Both the position numbers and the translations under genes were made by a program. A stretch of DNA of 63,115 nt, counting the filler, from Welwitschia mirabilis (lineage: Eukaryota): assembly GCA_051453625.1 (NCBI GenBank). It is 7 parts of one record of this genome, joined end to end, with 100 filler letters (N's around TTAATTAATTAA, not from the genome) between each part and the next. Parts side by side here need not be neighbours in the genome. Positions count along the whole stretch, not along the records: positions 20,092 to 40,890 come from JBOZIK010000001.1; positions 40,991 to 45,987 come from JBOZIK010000001.1; positions 46,088 to 49,892 come from JBOZIK010000001.1; 4 more parts are not named here. One strand, 5' to 3'. Positions 34,565 through 49,000 of the stretch are shown here, piece after piece. How positions within the stretch are numbered: the stretch's first letter is position 1; every line of letters starts with the position of its first letter. The notes under the pieces are model-generated. The model searched no databases, was not told the DNA's origin, and saw only the letters and a program-made list of their open reading frames with translations.

Positions 34565-36879
34565 TGATAGGATTGAGAACCCTAGAGTGGGGGTGAATAG
34601 GTTCTTTCAAAAACTTAATGATTAATATAAAATAAATCTATTTGAAACATAACTTGCATATGATAATAAATTAATCTAAGATGTGCACAATAGAATAGAA
34701 TATTGAAAGTAAAGAATCAAAAACAAAATGCACAAACTACTAATTTGATGCAAGCCAGATTTATAGTGGTTTGAGAAACTCCCTTATTCCACTCTCGATA
34801 ATCTGCTTCTTCTAGCTAGATTTTGGATTTATGTTACTCCATCAAGTATTCTAGGTTCACATGTAATCATTACAAGTGGACTTGTCCAGGATAAATCTCA
34901 ACCTTCAGCACAGACTTTTGAAGGCTCCGTCTTAATCTTTAGCAAATGAAATAGTGATGCAGTGATGCCTCAATAGCATNNNNNNNNNNNNNNNNNNNNN
35001 NNNNNNNNNNNNNNNNNNNNNNNNNNNNNNNNNNNNNNNNNNNNNNNNNNNNNNNNNNNNNNNNNNNNNNNNNNNNNNNAGGCTTGGTCTCAATCTTTAG
35101 CAAATGAAATAGTGATGCAGTGATGCCTCAATAGCATAAATATCACTCATTCTGAAATAATATAATAGATGAAGCTCTTTTATAGTAGCAATAAGCCAAT
35201 ATAGTTCTTGATCTGAGTTTGAATGAAGTACTTGTGCCAATGATAGATCTTCTCTAGTCAGACATGTAGAAGCCAAGATACAACAATGTCAATGCATAGC
35301 TTGATCTTTTAGATTCAAAATGATTTAGCTGAATGAGAATAGTTCCAAAAAGTCTCTTGGTAATCTATAGCTTAGCTATTTATACTAAAAGGATATTAGG
35401 GTTTATTAAAATTGAATTGCATCTCCAACAGTGATAAACGACTAGAAAATGACTATCTAATGGCTAGATAATGGATACATAACATTTTGAAAAATTTCTT
35501 TTACATACCATCTGGTCGACCCCTTAGAAATTTGATCGACCCCATGTGATGCCATGAATTACATAGGTCTTCTGAGAGAAATATTCAGTTGCCATAGATT
35601 TTTACATCTCCATGTTTAGTCAACTCCATCTCAGTCTAGTCGATCCCATTCGATCGACCCCATCCTGAGTCTGGTCGACTCCTTTTTTCTTAGTCTAGAA
35701 ATACTATCTGTTACGTCCTTAAATCTAATTGACCCCATGAAAATTAGATCGATCCCTTGCCATTCGGTTCAGGGATACTGATTCTCTAAGTTATAGGTCT
35801 AGTCGACCCCATCATAATCTAGTCAACCCCTCTGGATGCAGTTCATTTTCCTTTGACAGCTTTAAGTGCAGTTAACTTCTTTAGGATCTAGTTAATCCCT
35901 TTGAAGGGTAAATTAACTAAGTAGGCTTCTAGTGCATATTTTAGTTCTATCTTGTAACTTGTAAAAACGCAAGCTCTTCTGCATAAAGCATATAACATTT
36001 GCTATACAAAAGATATTAGTTTGACATCAATTGATAAAATAATATAATAATCTTTCCCTTTAACATTGATGATAAATANNNNNNNNNNNNNNNNNNNNNN
36101 NNNNNNNNNNNNNNNNNNNNNNNNNNNNNNNNNNNNNNNNNNNNNNNNNNNNNNNNNNNNNNNNNNNNNNNNNNNNNNAAAAGTCTCTTGGTAATCTATA
36201 GCTTAGCTATTTATACTAGAAGGCTATTATGGTTTATTAAAATTGAATTGCATCTCCAACAGCGATAAACAACTAGAAAATGGCTATCTAATGGCTAGAT
36301 AATGGATACATAATGTTTAGAAAAATTTCTTTCCCATATCATCTGGTCGACCCCTTAGAAATCCAATCGACCCCATGTGATGCCATGAATTACATAGGTC
36401 TTCTAAGAGAAATATTTCGTTGCCCTAGGTTTTTACATCTCCATGTCTAGTTGACTCCATCTCAGTCCAGTCAACCCCATTTGGTCGACCCCCTCTTGAG
36501 TCTGGTTGATCCCTTTTTTCTCAGTCTAGAAATACTGTCTGTTAGGTCCTCAAATCTGGTTGACCCCATGAAAATTAGGTCAACTCCTTACTATTCAGTT
36601 TACTGATACTGATTCTATAAGTTATAGGTCTAGTCAACCCCATCATAATCTAGTCAATCCCTCTAGATGCAGTTCATTTTCCTTTAACAGCTTTAAGTGC
36701 AGTTGACTCCTTTAGGATCTAGTTAACTCCTTTGGAGGGTAAATTAACTAAGTAGACTTCTGGTGCATATTTTAGTTCTACTTGTAACTCGTAAAAACTC
36801 AAACTCTTCTGCACAAAGCATATAACATTTGCTACACAAGAGATATTAGTTTGACATCAATTGATAAAATAATACAATA
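34565..36879 (-). repeat. 3' LTR of a family B Sirevirus element; about 35350-36078 is repeated at 36179-36908 across a gap
   Basis: Homologous throughout to 24647-26228 and adjacent to a PPT (TCTTTCCCTTT on the plus strand). Confidence 0.88.
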
Positions 36880-37170
36880 ATCTTTCCCTTTAACATTTAT
36901 GGTAAAAAAATAAGTGATTTAAAGATTAAACAAATTTAAGCTTTTTTATCAAACAAATTTAAAGCATATTATCACAATAAGAACTCCCCCTTTCACAAAG
37001 CCATATAAACAACATTAAGTAAAGGGTGTATATTAAATATTTCTAAAATAAACCATTTTTAGTTGATGCATATGTTTAAAAACACTAGATTTTCTTTCCC
37101 TTTGACATCAATGGCAAAGAAATATAAACCTTGAATATGTATCTAGAAATATCAAGTTCTCTCCCTCTAT
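36880..37170 (-). promoter_or_regulatory. Multiple polypurine tracts (Sirevirus signature)
   Basis: Plus-strand TCTTTCCCTTT (36881), ACTCCCCCTTT (~36983), TCTTTCCCTTTG (~37093) and TCTCTCCCTCT (~37159). Confidence 0.7.
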
Positions 37171-37499
37171 CTTAATGTCATATGTAAAAATAATAGTCAT
37201 GATAGAGTTGTAAAGCAAGTAAGTAAATGAGATGATAATTTTCAATTCATAATGTCCAAAAAGAAAACCAACTAAAATATGGTTAAAATAATAAGATAAA
37301 ATAAAACATAGGAATATTCAAAAATCATAAATAAAATTCCACAAAAATTATCAATAGATTAAAATAAAAATGACAAAAGTAAAAGATGATCTTTTATTCT
37401 ACTATTGTAATCAGCTACAGAACTTTAAGAGACAGGGTGGTTAGGTATAAAACTGGTTGACCGACCTATTCTGGTTACTATTAATTATAAGACAGTGAG

Positions 37500-40400
37500 A
37501 GAACCCCAAGTTCGTGTATGAGACAAATAAAAGTATCAAAATTTAGAGGTTTAGTAAAAATGTCTGCTAATTATTAATATGTAGTCATAAAATTCATAGA
37601 AATATGTCCTTTTTCAATTTGATCTCGAAGGAAATTATGTCTAAGTTAAATATGCTTTGTTCTTGAGTACTGAACCAGATTTTTAGATATATTAATAGCA
37701 CTTGTATTATCATAAAAAAAGGAACTTATTCAAAAGTAATACCAAAATCTTTCAACATCTCTTTCATCCATAAAAGGTAAGTGCAACAACTTCCTACAGT
37801 AATATATTCATCTTTTGTAGTGGAGAGAGAAATAAAGTTTTGTTTATTACTTGTCCATCCAATTAGACATAAACCTAGAAGAAAGTAATTTTCACTTATT
37901 CTTTGTCTGTTATCTTTACATCTAACCCAATTTACATCACTAAATCCTGCAAGATCAAAAGATGTTTCATTGAGATACCATAAGCCATAATCACATGTGC
38001 CTTTTATATACCTAATTATCCTTTTTATTGCTTGAAAGTGTGATTCTTTTGGGTTGGATTAATATCTTGCATACACTTCAATACTAATCATGATATTTGA
38101 TCTACTTGTAGTTAAATATAATAAAGTATAATTATGCTTTTGTAAAGTTTCTAATCTATTGATTTACCATTTTTNNNNNNNNNNNNNNNNNNNNNNNNNN
38201 NNNNNNNNNNNNNNNNNNNNNNNNNNNNNNNNNNNNNNNNNNNNNNNNNNNNNNNNNNNNNNNNNNNNNNNNNNGTTTGTGTTAGAGATAAATAAAAGTA
38301 TTGAAATTTAGGGGTTTAGTAAAAATGTCTGCTAATTATTAATATGTAGTCATTAAATTCATAGAAATATGTCCTTTTTCAATTTGATCTCGAAGGAAAT
38401 GATGTCTAAGTTAAATATGCTTTGTTCTTGAGTACTGAACCAGACTTTAAATATATTAATAGCACTTGTATTGTCATAAAAAAAAGGAACTTATTCAAAA
38501 GTAACACCAAAATATTTCAACATCTCTTTTATCCATAAAAGGTAAGTGCAACAGCTTCCTACAGTAATATATTCATCTTTTATAGTGGAGAGAGAAATAA
38601 AGTTTTGTTTATTACTTGCCCATCCAATTAGACATAAACCTGAAGAAAGTAATTTTCACTTACTCTTTGTCTANNNNNNNNNNNNNCAATCCAATTTACA
38701 TCACTAAAACCTGCAAGATCAAAAGATGTTTCGTTGAGATACCATAAGCCATAATCACATTTGCCTTTTATATACCGAATTATCCTTTTTACTGCTTGAA
38801 AGTGTGATTCTTTTGGATTGGATTAATATCTTGCATACACTCCAATACTAAACATGATATTTGATCTACTTATAGTTAAATATAATAAACTAAAATTATG
38901 CTTTTGTAAAGTTTTTGATCTACTGATTTACCATTTTTATCCAAGCTTACTTTACATATGTAGACATAGGAGTATCAACTATCTTTGTATTATCTAAAAC
39001 AAATCATTTGATCAAATCTCTTGTATATTTAGATTGAGAGATAAATATTCCCTCTTTAGATTGCTTAATCTGAAGTCCAAGAAACATTTTAACTTCACCA
39101 AGCATAATTATTTCATATTGATTTGTTATAATATTTACAAATTATTTTGATAAATTTTCATTTGAGGCACCAAAAATAATATCATCTACATAAATCTATA
39201 TAATATTAAAATCATTTTTCAATTTCTTCACAAATAAAGTTTTGGCTATTATTCCTCGAACATATCCATTATCATTTAAAAAGGTACCTAACTTTTCATA
39301 CTATGCTCTTGGAGCTTGTTTTAATCCATATAAAACTTTTTAAGCCTATACACATGAATAGATTTGTAAGGATTAATAAAACCTTATGGTTGTTTAATAA
39401 AAACTTCTTTAATTAATGATCCATTTAAAAAATCACTTTTTNNNNNNNNNNNNNNNNNNNNNNNNNNNNNNNNNNNNNNNNNNNNNNNNNNNNNNNNNNN
39501 NNNNNNNNNNNNNNNNNNNNNNNNNNNNNNNNNNNNNNNNNNNNNNNNNNNNNNNNNNNNNNNNNNNNNNNNNNNNNNNNNNNNNNNNNNNNNNNNNNNN
39601 NNNNNNNNNNNNNNNNNNNNNNNNNNNNNNNNNNNNNNNNNNNNNNNNNNNNNNNNNNNNNNNNNNNNNNNNNNNNNNNNNNNNNNNNNNNNNNNNNNNN
39701 NNNNNNNNNNNNNNNNNNNNNNNNNNNNNNNNNNNNNNNNNNNNNNNNNNNNNNNNNNNNNNNNNNNNNNNNNNNNNNNNNNNNNNNNNNNNNNNNNNNN
39801 NNNNNNNNNNNNNNNNNNNNNNNNNNNNTTTATTTTTAAATTAACTTCTCTAATAATGGATTCTATCAGATGATCTTTAAAAAGTTTAGACTTTTTCGGA
39901 GTACCTTCTTTTACTTGAATTTCATTTATTTTGGTAGCATCTTTATTTGATGTGGGAATACTTGTGGTTATGATTTCTTCTTCATTTGTGTAGTTTTCTT
40001 TGTGTCAATCTCATAAATTTGTACATTTATTGATTCTTCTATTATTAAGCTTCTTTTGTTGAAAACATGATAGACTCTACTTCTCATTAGGTATCCTAAG
40101 AAGATAGCTTTGTCAAATTTTGAGTCAAACTTGCTCAAGTATTCTCTATCTTTTAGGATATAACATTTACTTCTAAAAACTTTAAAGTATAACACATTTG
40201 GTTGTCTACCTTTCCATAGCTCATAAGGTGTTTTATCGGTACCAAGTTTAATATGTACTCTATTAATAATATAATATGCTATGCTAACTACCTCAGCTCA
40301 AAATGATTTAGGTACTTCCTTATCATTTAACATAGTTCGAGTTCTTGAAGAAATTTATTATTTTTTTTAGCTATACCATTTTGTTGTGGTATTTTTAGAG

Positions 40401-40890
40401 CCAAAAATTGATGATCAATACCATTTTTAATGTAATACTTCTTAAAAAAATGATTTTCAAATTCACCACCATGATCACTTCTTATTTTCTTTATNNNNNN
40501 NNNNNNNNNNNNNNNNNNNNNNNNNNNNNNNNNNNNNNNNNNNNNNNNNNNNNNNNNNNNNNNNNNNNNNNNNNNNNNNNNNNNNNNNNNNNNCAAAATC
40601 ATCAACTTTTGACAAACATAGAAAAAGGCTATCTAAGTATATCTAGAGAAATCATCAACTATGGTTAGGAAATAATGTTTTCCACCTAGACTTCGAGTTT
40701 GAGGAGGTTCAACTAAATTCATATGAATAATTTCTAATGGCATAGATGTGGAAGCTTGCATTTTACTTTTATGAGAAGTCCTAATTTATTTTTCCTTTTG
40801 ACAAGCATCACACAACCCTTGTTTTTCTATGTTTATCTTAGGAATTCCTTTAATGATGTTCTTACAAATAATCATTTTTAATTAATTATA
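37500..40890 (-). pseudogene. Sirevirus pol (integrase-RT-RNase H), degenerate; RNase H block duplicated across a gap
   Basis: CDACQK, IKKIRSDHGGEFEN, PQQNGI, FKVFRSKCYILKDREYLSKFDSK, LYGLKQAPRA, IYVDDIIFG, RTKHI*LRH.FLRD and ADIFTKPL. Confidence 0.95.
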
Positions 40891-40990
40891 NNNNNNNNNN
40901 NNNNNNNNNNNNNNNNNNNNNNNNNNNNNNNNNNTTAATTAATTAANNNNNNNNNNNNNNNNNNNNNNNNNNNNNNNNNNNNNNNNNNNN

Positions 40991-42733
40991 AGTAAAGAAT
41001 CAAAAACAAAATGCACAAACTACCAATTTGATCTAAGACAGATTTATAGTGGTTTGGAAAAGTCCCCTACTCCACTCTCGATGATCAGCTTCTTCCAAGC
41101 TAGATCTCAGATCTTTGTTACTCCACTAGGTATTCTAGGTTCACCTGTAACCATCATAAGTGAAATTTTCCAGGCTAAGTCTCAACTTTCATCATGGACT
41201 TTTCAAGGCTCAGTATCAACCTTTAGTAAATGAAATAGTGATGTGTGATGCCTCAATAGCAAAAATATCACTTATTCTAAAATAGTATAATAGATGGAGC
41301 TCTCCTCCGATAGTGATAAGATAATGTAGTTTTAGATCTGACTTTGAATGAAGTACTTGTGCCAATGATAGATCTTTTTTAGTAAGATGTATAGAAGCNN
41401 NNNNNNNNNNNNNNNNNNNNNNNNNNNNNNNNNNNNNNNNNNNNNNNNNNNNNNNNNNNNNNNNNNNNNNNNNNNNNNNNNNNNNNNNNNNNNNNNNNAT
41501 TAACTTCTTCCAAGCTAGATCTCAAATCTTTATTACTCCACCAGGTATTCTAGGTTCACCTGTAACCATCATAAGTGAAATTTTCCAGGCTAAGTCTCAA
41601 CCTTCATCATGGACTTTTCAAGGCTTAGTCTCAACATTTAGCAAATGAAATAGTGATGTGGTGATGCCTCAATAGCACAAATATCACTTGTTCTAAAATA
41701 GTATAATAGATGGAGCTCTCCTTCGGTAGTAATAAGCTAATGTAGTTTTAGATCTGACTTTAAATGAAGTACTTGTGCCAATGATAGATCTTCTCTAGTA
41801 AGAGGTGTAGAACCCAAGATACAATAATGTCAATGCACAACTTGATCTTTTAGATCCAAAATGATTTAGCCAAATGAAAATAGTTCCAAAAAGATCTCTT
41901 GATCATTTATAGCTTAGCTATTTATACTGGAAGGCTATTAGGATTTATTATAATTAAATTGTACCTCCAATAGCTATAAACAGCTAGAAAATGACTACCT
42001 AACAGCTAGATAACAAATACATAATATTTAGAAAAATTTCTTTTCTACATCGTTCGGTCAACCCCACAAAAATCCGGTCAACCCCATGTGGTGCCATGAA
42101 TTACACAGGTCACCCAAGAGAAATATTTAGTTGCCATAGGTTTTTAAGTCTCCATATTCGATTGACTTCATCTGAGTCTGATTAACCTCAGTCTAATTGA
42201 CGCCTTTTCTCTTAGTCTGGGAATATTATTTGTCAGGTCCTTAAATCCAGTGGACTCCATGAAAATCAAGTCGATCCCTTGCCATTCAGTTTAGGGATAC
42301 TAATTCTTTAAGTTATAGGTTCAGTCGAATCCATCATAATCTGGTCAACCCCTCTCGATGCAGTCCATTTTCCTTTAATAGCTTTAGGTGTAGTCAACCC
42401 CTTTAGGATCCAATCGACTCCTTTAGGATCCAGTCAACCCCTCTGGAGGGTGAATCAACTAAGCATGTTTTTGATGCATATTTTAGTTTCATCTTTCAAC
42501 CTACAAAAACTGCATAAAGTATATAACATTTGCTATACAAGAGACATTAGTTTAACATCAATTGANNNNNNNNNNNNNNNNNNNNNNNNNNNNNNNNNNN
42601 NNNNNNNNNNNNNNNNNNNNNNNNNNNNNNNNNNNNNNNNNNNNNNNNNNNNNNNNNNNNNNNNNTAAAGTATATAACATTTGCTATACAAGAGACATTA
42701 GTTTAACATCAATTGATAAAATATAATCTAATA
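40991..42733 (-). repeat. Family B Sirevirus LTR, partial, with gap-associated duplications
   Basis: Collinear similarity to 34565-36049 and 24647-26228. Confidence 0.85.
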
Positions 42734-42834
42734 AAAAAATCTATGTAGAGAAACTACAAAAATAAATGGATCCTCAACCACCACAACAATGCATTACTTA
42801 CTCACATAGCGTTATGGACTATGAAAAAGTACAT

Positions 42835-43335
42835 TTGGTATGTAGATAGTGGATACATTAGATAGATGATTGAATATATATCAATGTTCATCTTACTTAT
42901 TGATGAAGGCCATGACATTACTTCCTGTGTTGATAACATGAAGGCTCTGATTAAGGTATTAATATGATATAAGGTAATAACCTTTCAAAGGTTAAAAAAA
43001 GCCTTTTATATAGATGGACTATGACCTAACCATTTAAGCATTAACTTTTTTATTCTAATTTTTTATTAGCTTTTTTAAAAATGGCTATACTATTATGAAC
43101 TACAATTCTAATAAAGTTTTATTTTATAATCAAAGAAATGTAAATGTTTATATGACCTTACTTAGTGGTATCTCTAACAAATTGTTAATTTTTTACTTAG
43201 CACTATAAGTGATGCAAAGATTTAGCACAAAAATCTTAGACATGTAGCCATGGATCTAATACAAATCTTATTAATAAATAGCTCATGAGAGTTCTTCCTA
43301 AGCTTAAGAACTTTAGTAGATAGGTTTGTGATTAA
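42835..43335 (+). pseudogene. Copia protease/pre-integrase relic, interrupted by the Athila LTR
   Basis: WYVDSGYIR*M near 42837 and *HKNLRHVAMD (cf. WH.RLGH) near 43223. Confidence 0.65.
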
Positions 43336-44402
43336 TGTACTGTCAAATTATATGAATTTAATGGGGTGTTATGAGTTGTTTTATAGGACATTTATGTCAG
43401 CTTAGATGCAATTCTATAGATTATGGAGAATTAATAAAAGATCTCAGAAATGTGTAATTCTTAGCATGATTAAAAGCATTTAAGGCACATTATAATACAC
43501 ATGGCTTTGGAGGAAGATCAATAATGAAAAAGACTAGCTTCTCCTAAGTTAGAAGGATAAAGAAGACTATTGTCCCCTCTGTTGTTTCCACAATAGATAG
43601 GATGATGACACATTAAATGCTAATGTGGACTGGAGCTAGTACTACTGAGTCACTGCTAAGTCATCTTATGTAAAGTGCTATCATCCCCATGGTCGTCTTC
43701 ATGACATGTAGGATAATAATTATAATGTTTAATTCATCATCCCCCTTTGTTATTCCCATGACAGCTGGGATGAGACTATAACTACTAGCCAACCTTTGTC
43801 CATTTTATCGATTTCTTTTCTATAATTGAGCATATTTTGTAGTACCTTGTGTGTGTCAGTTTTATTTCTTAACCCTATAAATAAGATCCTCCTTCTACTC
43901 TTTTCTTCATCTTTATTTGTGCAAGATAGTCTCATAACAGCAGATCGAAGGGCTGGAGATCTATCTTACACGATATTGAAAGACATTCCATTAGTGAAGG
44001 GCTGTACATCCTTCATTGAGGATTGACTATTTTGTAATCTATACTCTAGTTCCATTTTAATACAAAACTCTATTTTTATTATTCATCTTAACTTTGTTAT
44101 ATTTTCCTTATAGTTTATATTGCCCTTAATCTAGTGATAGTTTCATTGATAATATATGTTTTAAAGGTAACCTTTGTTAAGGTTGAAATAAAGTAGTTTT
44201 ACATTTATTTTACATTGCATTTAGATTTAGTTGTATTTTCTTTTACCTTGAATATTTATTTCTTACATTATTCTTTAATTTCAATTACCATATTCTTTTG
44301 GGAAATTTCCTTATTCTTTTCTCATAAGTATTTAATGAGATATGGAATTTGTGTTACTCCCATTCATACTAGAGTGTGTACGTAAAAATATGCATTGCAA
44401 CA
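43336..44402 (+). repeat. Athila-like 5' LTR followed by a degenerate PBS (44403-44423)
   Basis: TGT...GCAACA termini and CTATAAATA at ~43875. The following TCTTAGTGTCATTACTACGAA resembles the Athila PBS TGGCGCCGTTGCCGGGGA after C>T/G>A decay. Similar to the reverse complement of 51196-52266. Confidence 0.7.
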
Positions 44403-45779
44403 TCTTAGTGTCATTACTACGAAAGGTTGATGAGGAGCATGAGGATTGTCATTATTTAGATGAATAAATCAAATTTCTATTTGATTCCTTATTTGTAGCA
44501 ATCTTGTATTTCTTAATTAGGATCTACAGATTTTTAGTTTTCTATTTTTGGAGTCTATAATAAAATTGTTATCCTCTTTGTCATTTCCATGACATTAGGA
44601 AGATAGTAAGTTTTCATTATTATCTATGAGTTTTCTATGACTGTTTCTTATAGTATTGGTTTTAGAAATAAAATAATCATCATCCCCTCTGTTATTCCTA
44701 TGACATTGTGAATAATAGTCTACAAACTCAGTCTCCAATTTCTAGATTAAAACTTTTAATTAGTTAGTGATAATAAGTTATTTATCATTTCCTATGTCCT
44801 CCACATAACCAAAAGGATGATAGTCTTTGTGTGTGGTTTCAATTTTCTATTTTCTACTCTTTATTTTTGTTATCCCCTCTATCATTCCCATGACAGTCAA
44901 GATGACTACTAGTTATTTTTGATTTAAAAAGGTTGTTAATAGAAGAGAACATTAGAGAAGAACTNNNNNNNNNNNNNNNNNNNNNNNNNNNNNNNNNNNN
45001 NNNNNNNNNNNNNNNNNNNNNNNNNNNNNNNNNNNNNNNNNNNNNNNNNNNNNNNNNNNNNNNNNNNNNNNNNNNNNNNNNNNNNNNNNNNNNNNNNNNN
45101 NNNNNNNNNNNNNNNNNNNNNNNNNNNNNNNNNNNNNNNNNNNAGTAAGTTTTCATTATTATCTATGAGTTTTCTATGAATTTTTCTTATAGTATTGGTT
45201 TTAGAAATAAAATAATCATCATCCCCTCTGTTATTCCTATGACATTGTGAATAGTAGTCTACAAACTCAGTATCTAATTTCTAGATTAAAACTTTTAATT
45301 AGTTAGTGATAATAAGTTATTTATCATCCCCTTTGTCATCCACTTAACCAAAAGGATGACAGTCTTTGTGTGTGGTTTCATTTTCTATTTTCTACTCTCT
45401 ATTTTTGTTATTCCCTCTATCATCCCCATGCCAGTCNNNNNNNNNNNNNNNNNNNNNNNNNNNNNNNNNNNNNNNNNNNCTATTTGTATGATGATATGAT
45501 ATGGTTAATCCAAGGAAGAAGTATTAAAGAAAAAGGTTGTTAATAGAAGATAATATTAGAGAAGGACTAGTTGACTTTGAAATCAAATCAGAAAAATGGT
45601 CCCCAAGTGCATATGACATTTCTCCTAAATTTATTTTTCTTAAATTCAATTCCATTCAAGAAAATTTTAAAGAAGAAAGTAATTTTTCAATGTCAAGTAC
45701 TACACAAAAGTAAAANNNNNNNNNNNNNNNNNNNNNNNNNNNNNNNNNNGTAGACCTCAATCTTAGGGAATTACTAGCA

Positions 45780-45987
45780 AATAGGAAATGATAAATTCAA
45801 ACGTCTTTTGATTTATCACTAGGAGATAACTTTGAGTTAAAGAATCTAAATGCCTATCCAACATTTAATGATGAGCATGATGAGGATCCCTTACAACACA
45901 TCAGAACATAGAACAATTAGTTCTTACCTCAAAGAACAAAAAGAAAAGAATTAGTGATCAGACATACATGGTCATTTTTCCCATGAC
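45780..45987 (+). pseudogene. Athila-like gag N-terminal relic
   Basis: NFELKNLNAYPTFNDEHDEDPLQHI (cf. NFELK...LP.F.G...EDP..HL). Confidence 0.7.
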
Positions 45988-46087
45988 NNNNNNNNNNNNN
46001 NNNNNNNNNNNNNNNNNNNNNNNNNNNNNNNTTAATTAATTAANNNNNNNNNNNNNNNNNNNNNNNNNNNNNNNNNNNNNNNNNNNN

Positions 46088-49000
46088 AGGCACAACCTAG
46101 GTTGAATACACAAATATTTGACAACACATTTAAAAACTTTTAAAATAATTTTCAACCTTTCAAAATCAATTCGAGAACTCAAACTTTTAGCCAATTTCAT
46201 TAAGATTTTGACCTTCAAATGATCCACTAGATAAACTTATACAATCACAAAAAAGAATAAACTCCACCTTAGAAAAATAAAATGCCAACATTAAAAACTT
46301 AGTAAATGCCCTTCAACAAACAATGTTAGAAAATCAAATACCACAAGGTTCATTAGTAACACAACCTCTTTCAAACCCTAATGAAATGAGAAGAGATTAT
46401 AAGGTTGTAATACAAAGTGGTCAAGAAATAGACCCTCCTCCTTGTAGACCATCAACCTCCNNNNNNNNNNNNNNNNNNNNNNNNNNNNNNNNNNNNNNNN
46501 NNNNNNNNNNNNNNNNNNNNNNNNNNNNNNNNNNNNNNNNNNNNNNNNNNNNNNNNNNNNAAATAATGTTAGAAAATTAAATACCACAAGGTTCATTAGT
46601 AACATAGCCTCTTCCAAACCCTAATGAAATGAGAAGAGACTATAAGGTTGTAACACAAAGTGGTCAAGAAATAGACCCTCCTCATTGTAGATCATCAACC
46701 TCTCAAAATGACATTAGAAATGATGAGGAAGAAGAGGACATTAAAATATTAGAAAGAAAAATTCTTTACAACAATCAAAAAAGCAACTAGCTACTTCTTA
46801 GCTTGATAGGCTTAACTCTAATTTAACTTTCAATGAACATCTTAAAGATTTAATAAAAAATGTGAGTATAAACTTATCCTTATGAAAACTTTTACAAGAA
46901 AATCTAAAGTACTCAAAGCTATGAAAAGACTTAACAAGAATAAAATAAAATGAGTTATTCCTGCTAAAGTATTTTTAGCACAATCCCTTATAAACTTACT
47001 ATTACAAAAAGCTACAAAATTTAAAGATCCAAGACTAGCAATAGTAAGTGTTACATTAGAGGAAAACAAAAAGATCAGAGAGATTTAACTAACATTGGAG
47101 CAACTATTAACGTCATGCTATTTCACATTTGTAAGAGACTTGGTTTGGAAAATATAATAGATCCTACTTGAATTCTCTTAGAGTTAGTAGACATTTTAGT
47201 TAAGAATCCCTTAGGAAATATAAAAAATTTAGTAATCTAAATTGAAGAGGCATGCTACCCCATATATGTGGTGGTCATAGAGATCAAACATAATGGAGAT
47301 TATCCATTACTTCAACAATGAGCCTTCTACGCTATATTCCACTGCATTATTAACACAAGGACTAGGATGATGGAATGTTATCTATGAAATAAAAAGTTTT
47401 CAATTAGAGTTTTTAATGCTGCTAAGAAAAAACTACTAATGAATGGGATATAGAAGATAAAATCAAATCAACTTTATTTCTTTAACATCATTCCCTTGAA
47501 GAAAGATGGCTGACATTACACAAACCCATGTTTTATGATGATTCACTTAAGGTTAAGAACTTAAAAGCCTTTGATGCATCCAATTTCAAGTATGACCTTT
47601 TAGGTTAGAATAAAGAAGTAGAACCCTTAGATTATAAGGAAGTATAACTATTAAATGAAAACTCATACTTTGAGTGAGATCATCTACTACATAAGTTAGA
47701 AATTAAAAATTCTAATTTGAATTTGAAAAATCTTCCTAGTATTTTGAAATATATTTTTCTGTGTAATGATCGAAATAAAACTCTTATAATTAATAAAAAT
47801 CTTTTACCTAAATAAGAGTCAGCATTAATCTCTCTTTTGACTTCCAAAATTTGTGCTTTTACTTAGTCTCATTGAGATTTATCTAACATTCCTCCTATCA
47901 TTTAGCATAAAATTTATCTTGAGGAAAATGTAAAACCTGTTAAGAAACCAAAAAGAAGATTAAATCCAACACCTAAATAAGTAGTTAAAGATGAAATCAT
48001 TAAGTTAATGGATGATGAAATCATTTATGTTATATTAGATAGTGAATGGGTTAGTTCCTTAACTATAGGACAGAAAAAGGATGGAAAATGGAGAGTCTGC
48101 ATAGATTTTAGAAAACAAAATGAAGTCATAAGAAAATAGCATTATTCTCTTCCCTTCCTTGACCAAATACTTAATAGAATTTAGGGACATTCTTTCTATT
48201 ACTTTTTAGATGGATATAACAGTTATAACTAGGTTTTCATAGCTAGTAAAGATCAAGCCAAAATCACTTTTACTTCACCATTTGGGATGTTTAATTTTAG
48301 ACAAATTCCTTTTAATCTATGTATGCTTCTAGAATTTTTCAATGTGCTATGATGGGATTTTTTTTAAACATGTTAGAGGATTCAATAAAAATATTTATGG
48401 AAGACTTTTCTATCTTTGAAGAAACCTTTGATCAAAACTTATAAAGATTAGAAAAAGTCCTTAATAGATGTATAGAATGTAGGCTTTACTTAAGTTGGCA
48501 AAAGAGTTTATTATTAGTTGAAAGTGGAATTGTTATAGGCCATTACATTTCTAAAAGAGGAATTAAGATGGACCCTGAGAAAGTTAGTATCATTCAACAC
48601 TTAACTCCTCCAACCAATGTTAAGCAACTTTAACCTTTTCTTAAACATTATGATTTTTATCATTGTTTCATATAGGATTATGCTAAAATATATAAATCCT
48701 TATACTCATTACTAGAAAAATAAGGTAAATTTGATTGAATATGTTTTTCTAGTTTACTCTTGATAAAATCAAACATAAACTCTCTTATGCCCCTATCGTA
48801 ATAGGATCTGATTGGGAGAAAGATTTTGAGTTAATGTGTAATGATAGTAATTTTTCTATAGGTAGATGCTTGGATAGAAATACAAAAATGATTTTAAATT
48901 CATATCTTATCATAGTAAAACATTAGTCAAAGATCAAACAAATTATTCAACTACTGAGAAAGAAATGTTAGCCATTATCTTTTATGATTCTACACAAATA

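Noticed and set aside
24647-42733. Pairing the family B LTRs into one intact element
   Set aside because: The flanking 5-mers do not match (CATAC, TAGAA, CATTT, AAAAA), the PBS and PPT positions assign the LTRs to different elements, and one LTR lies across a scaffold linker.
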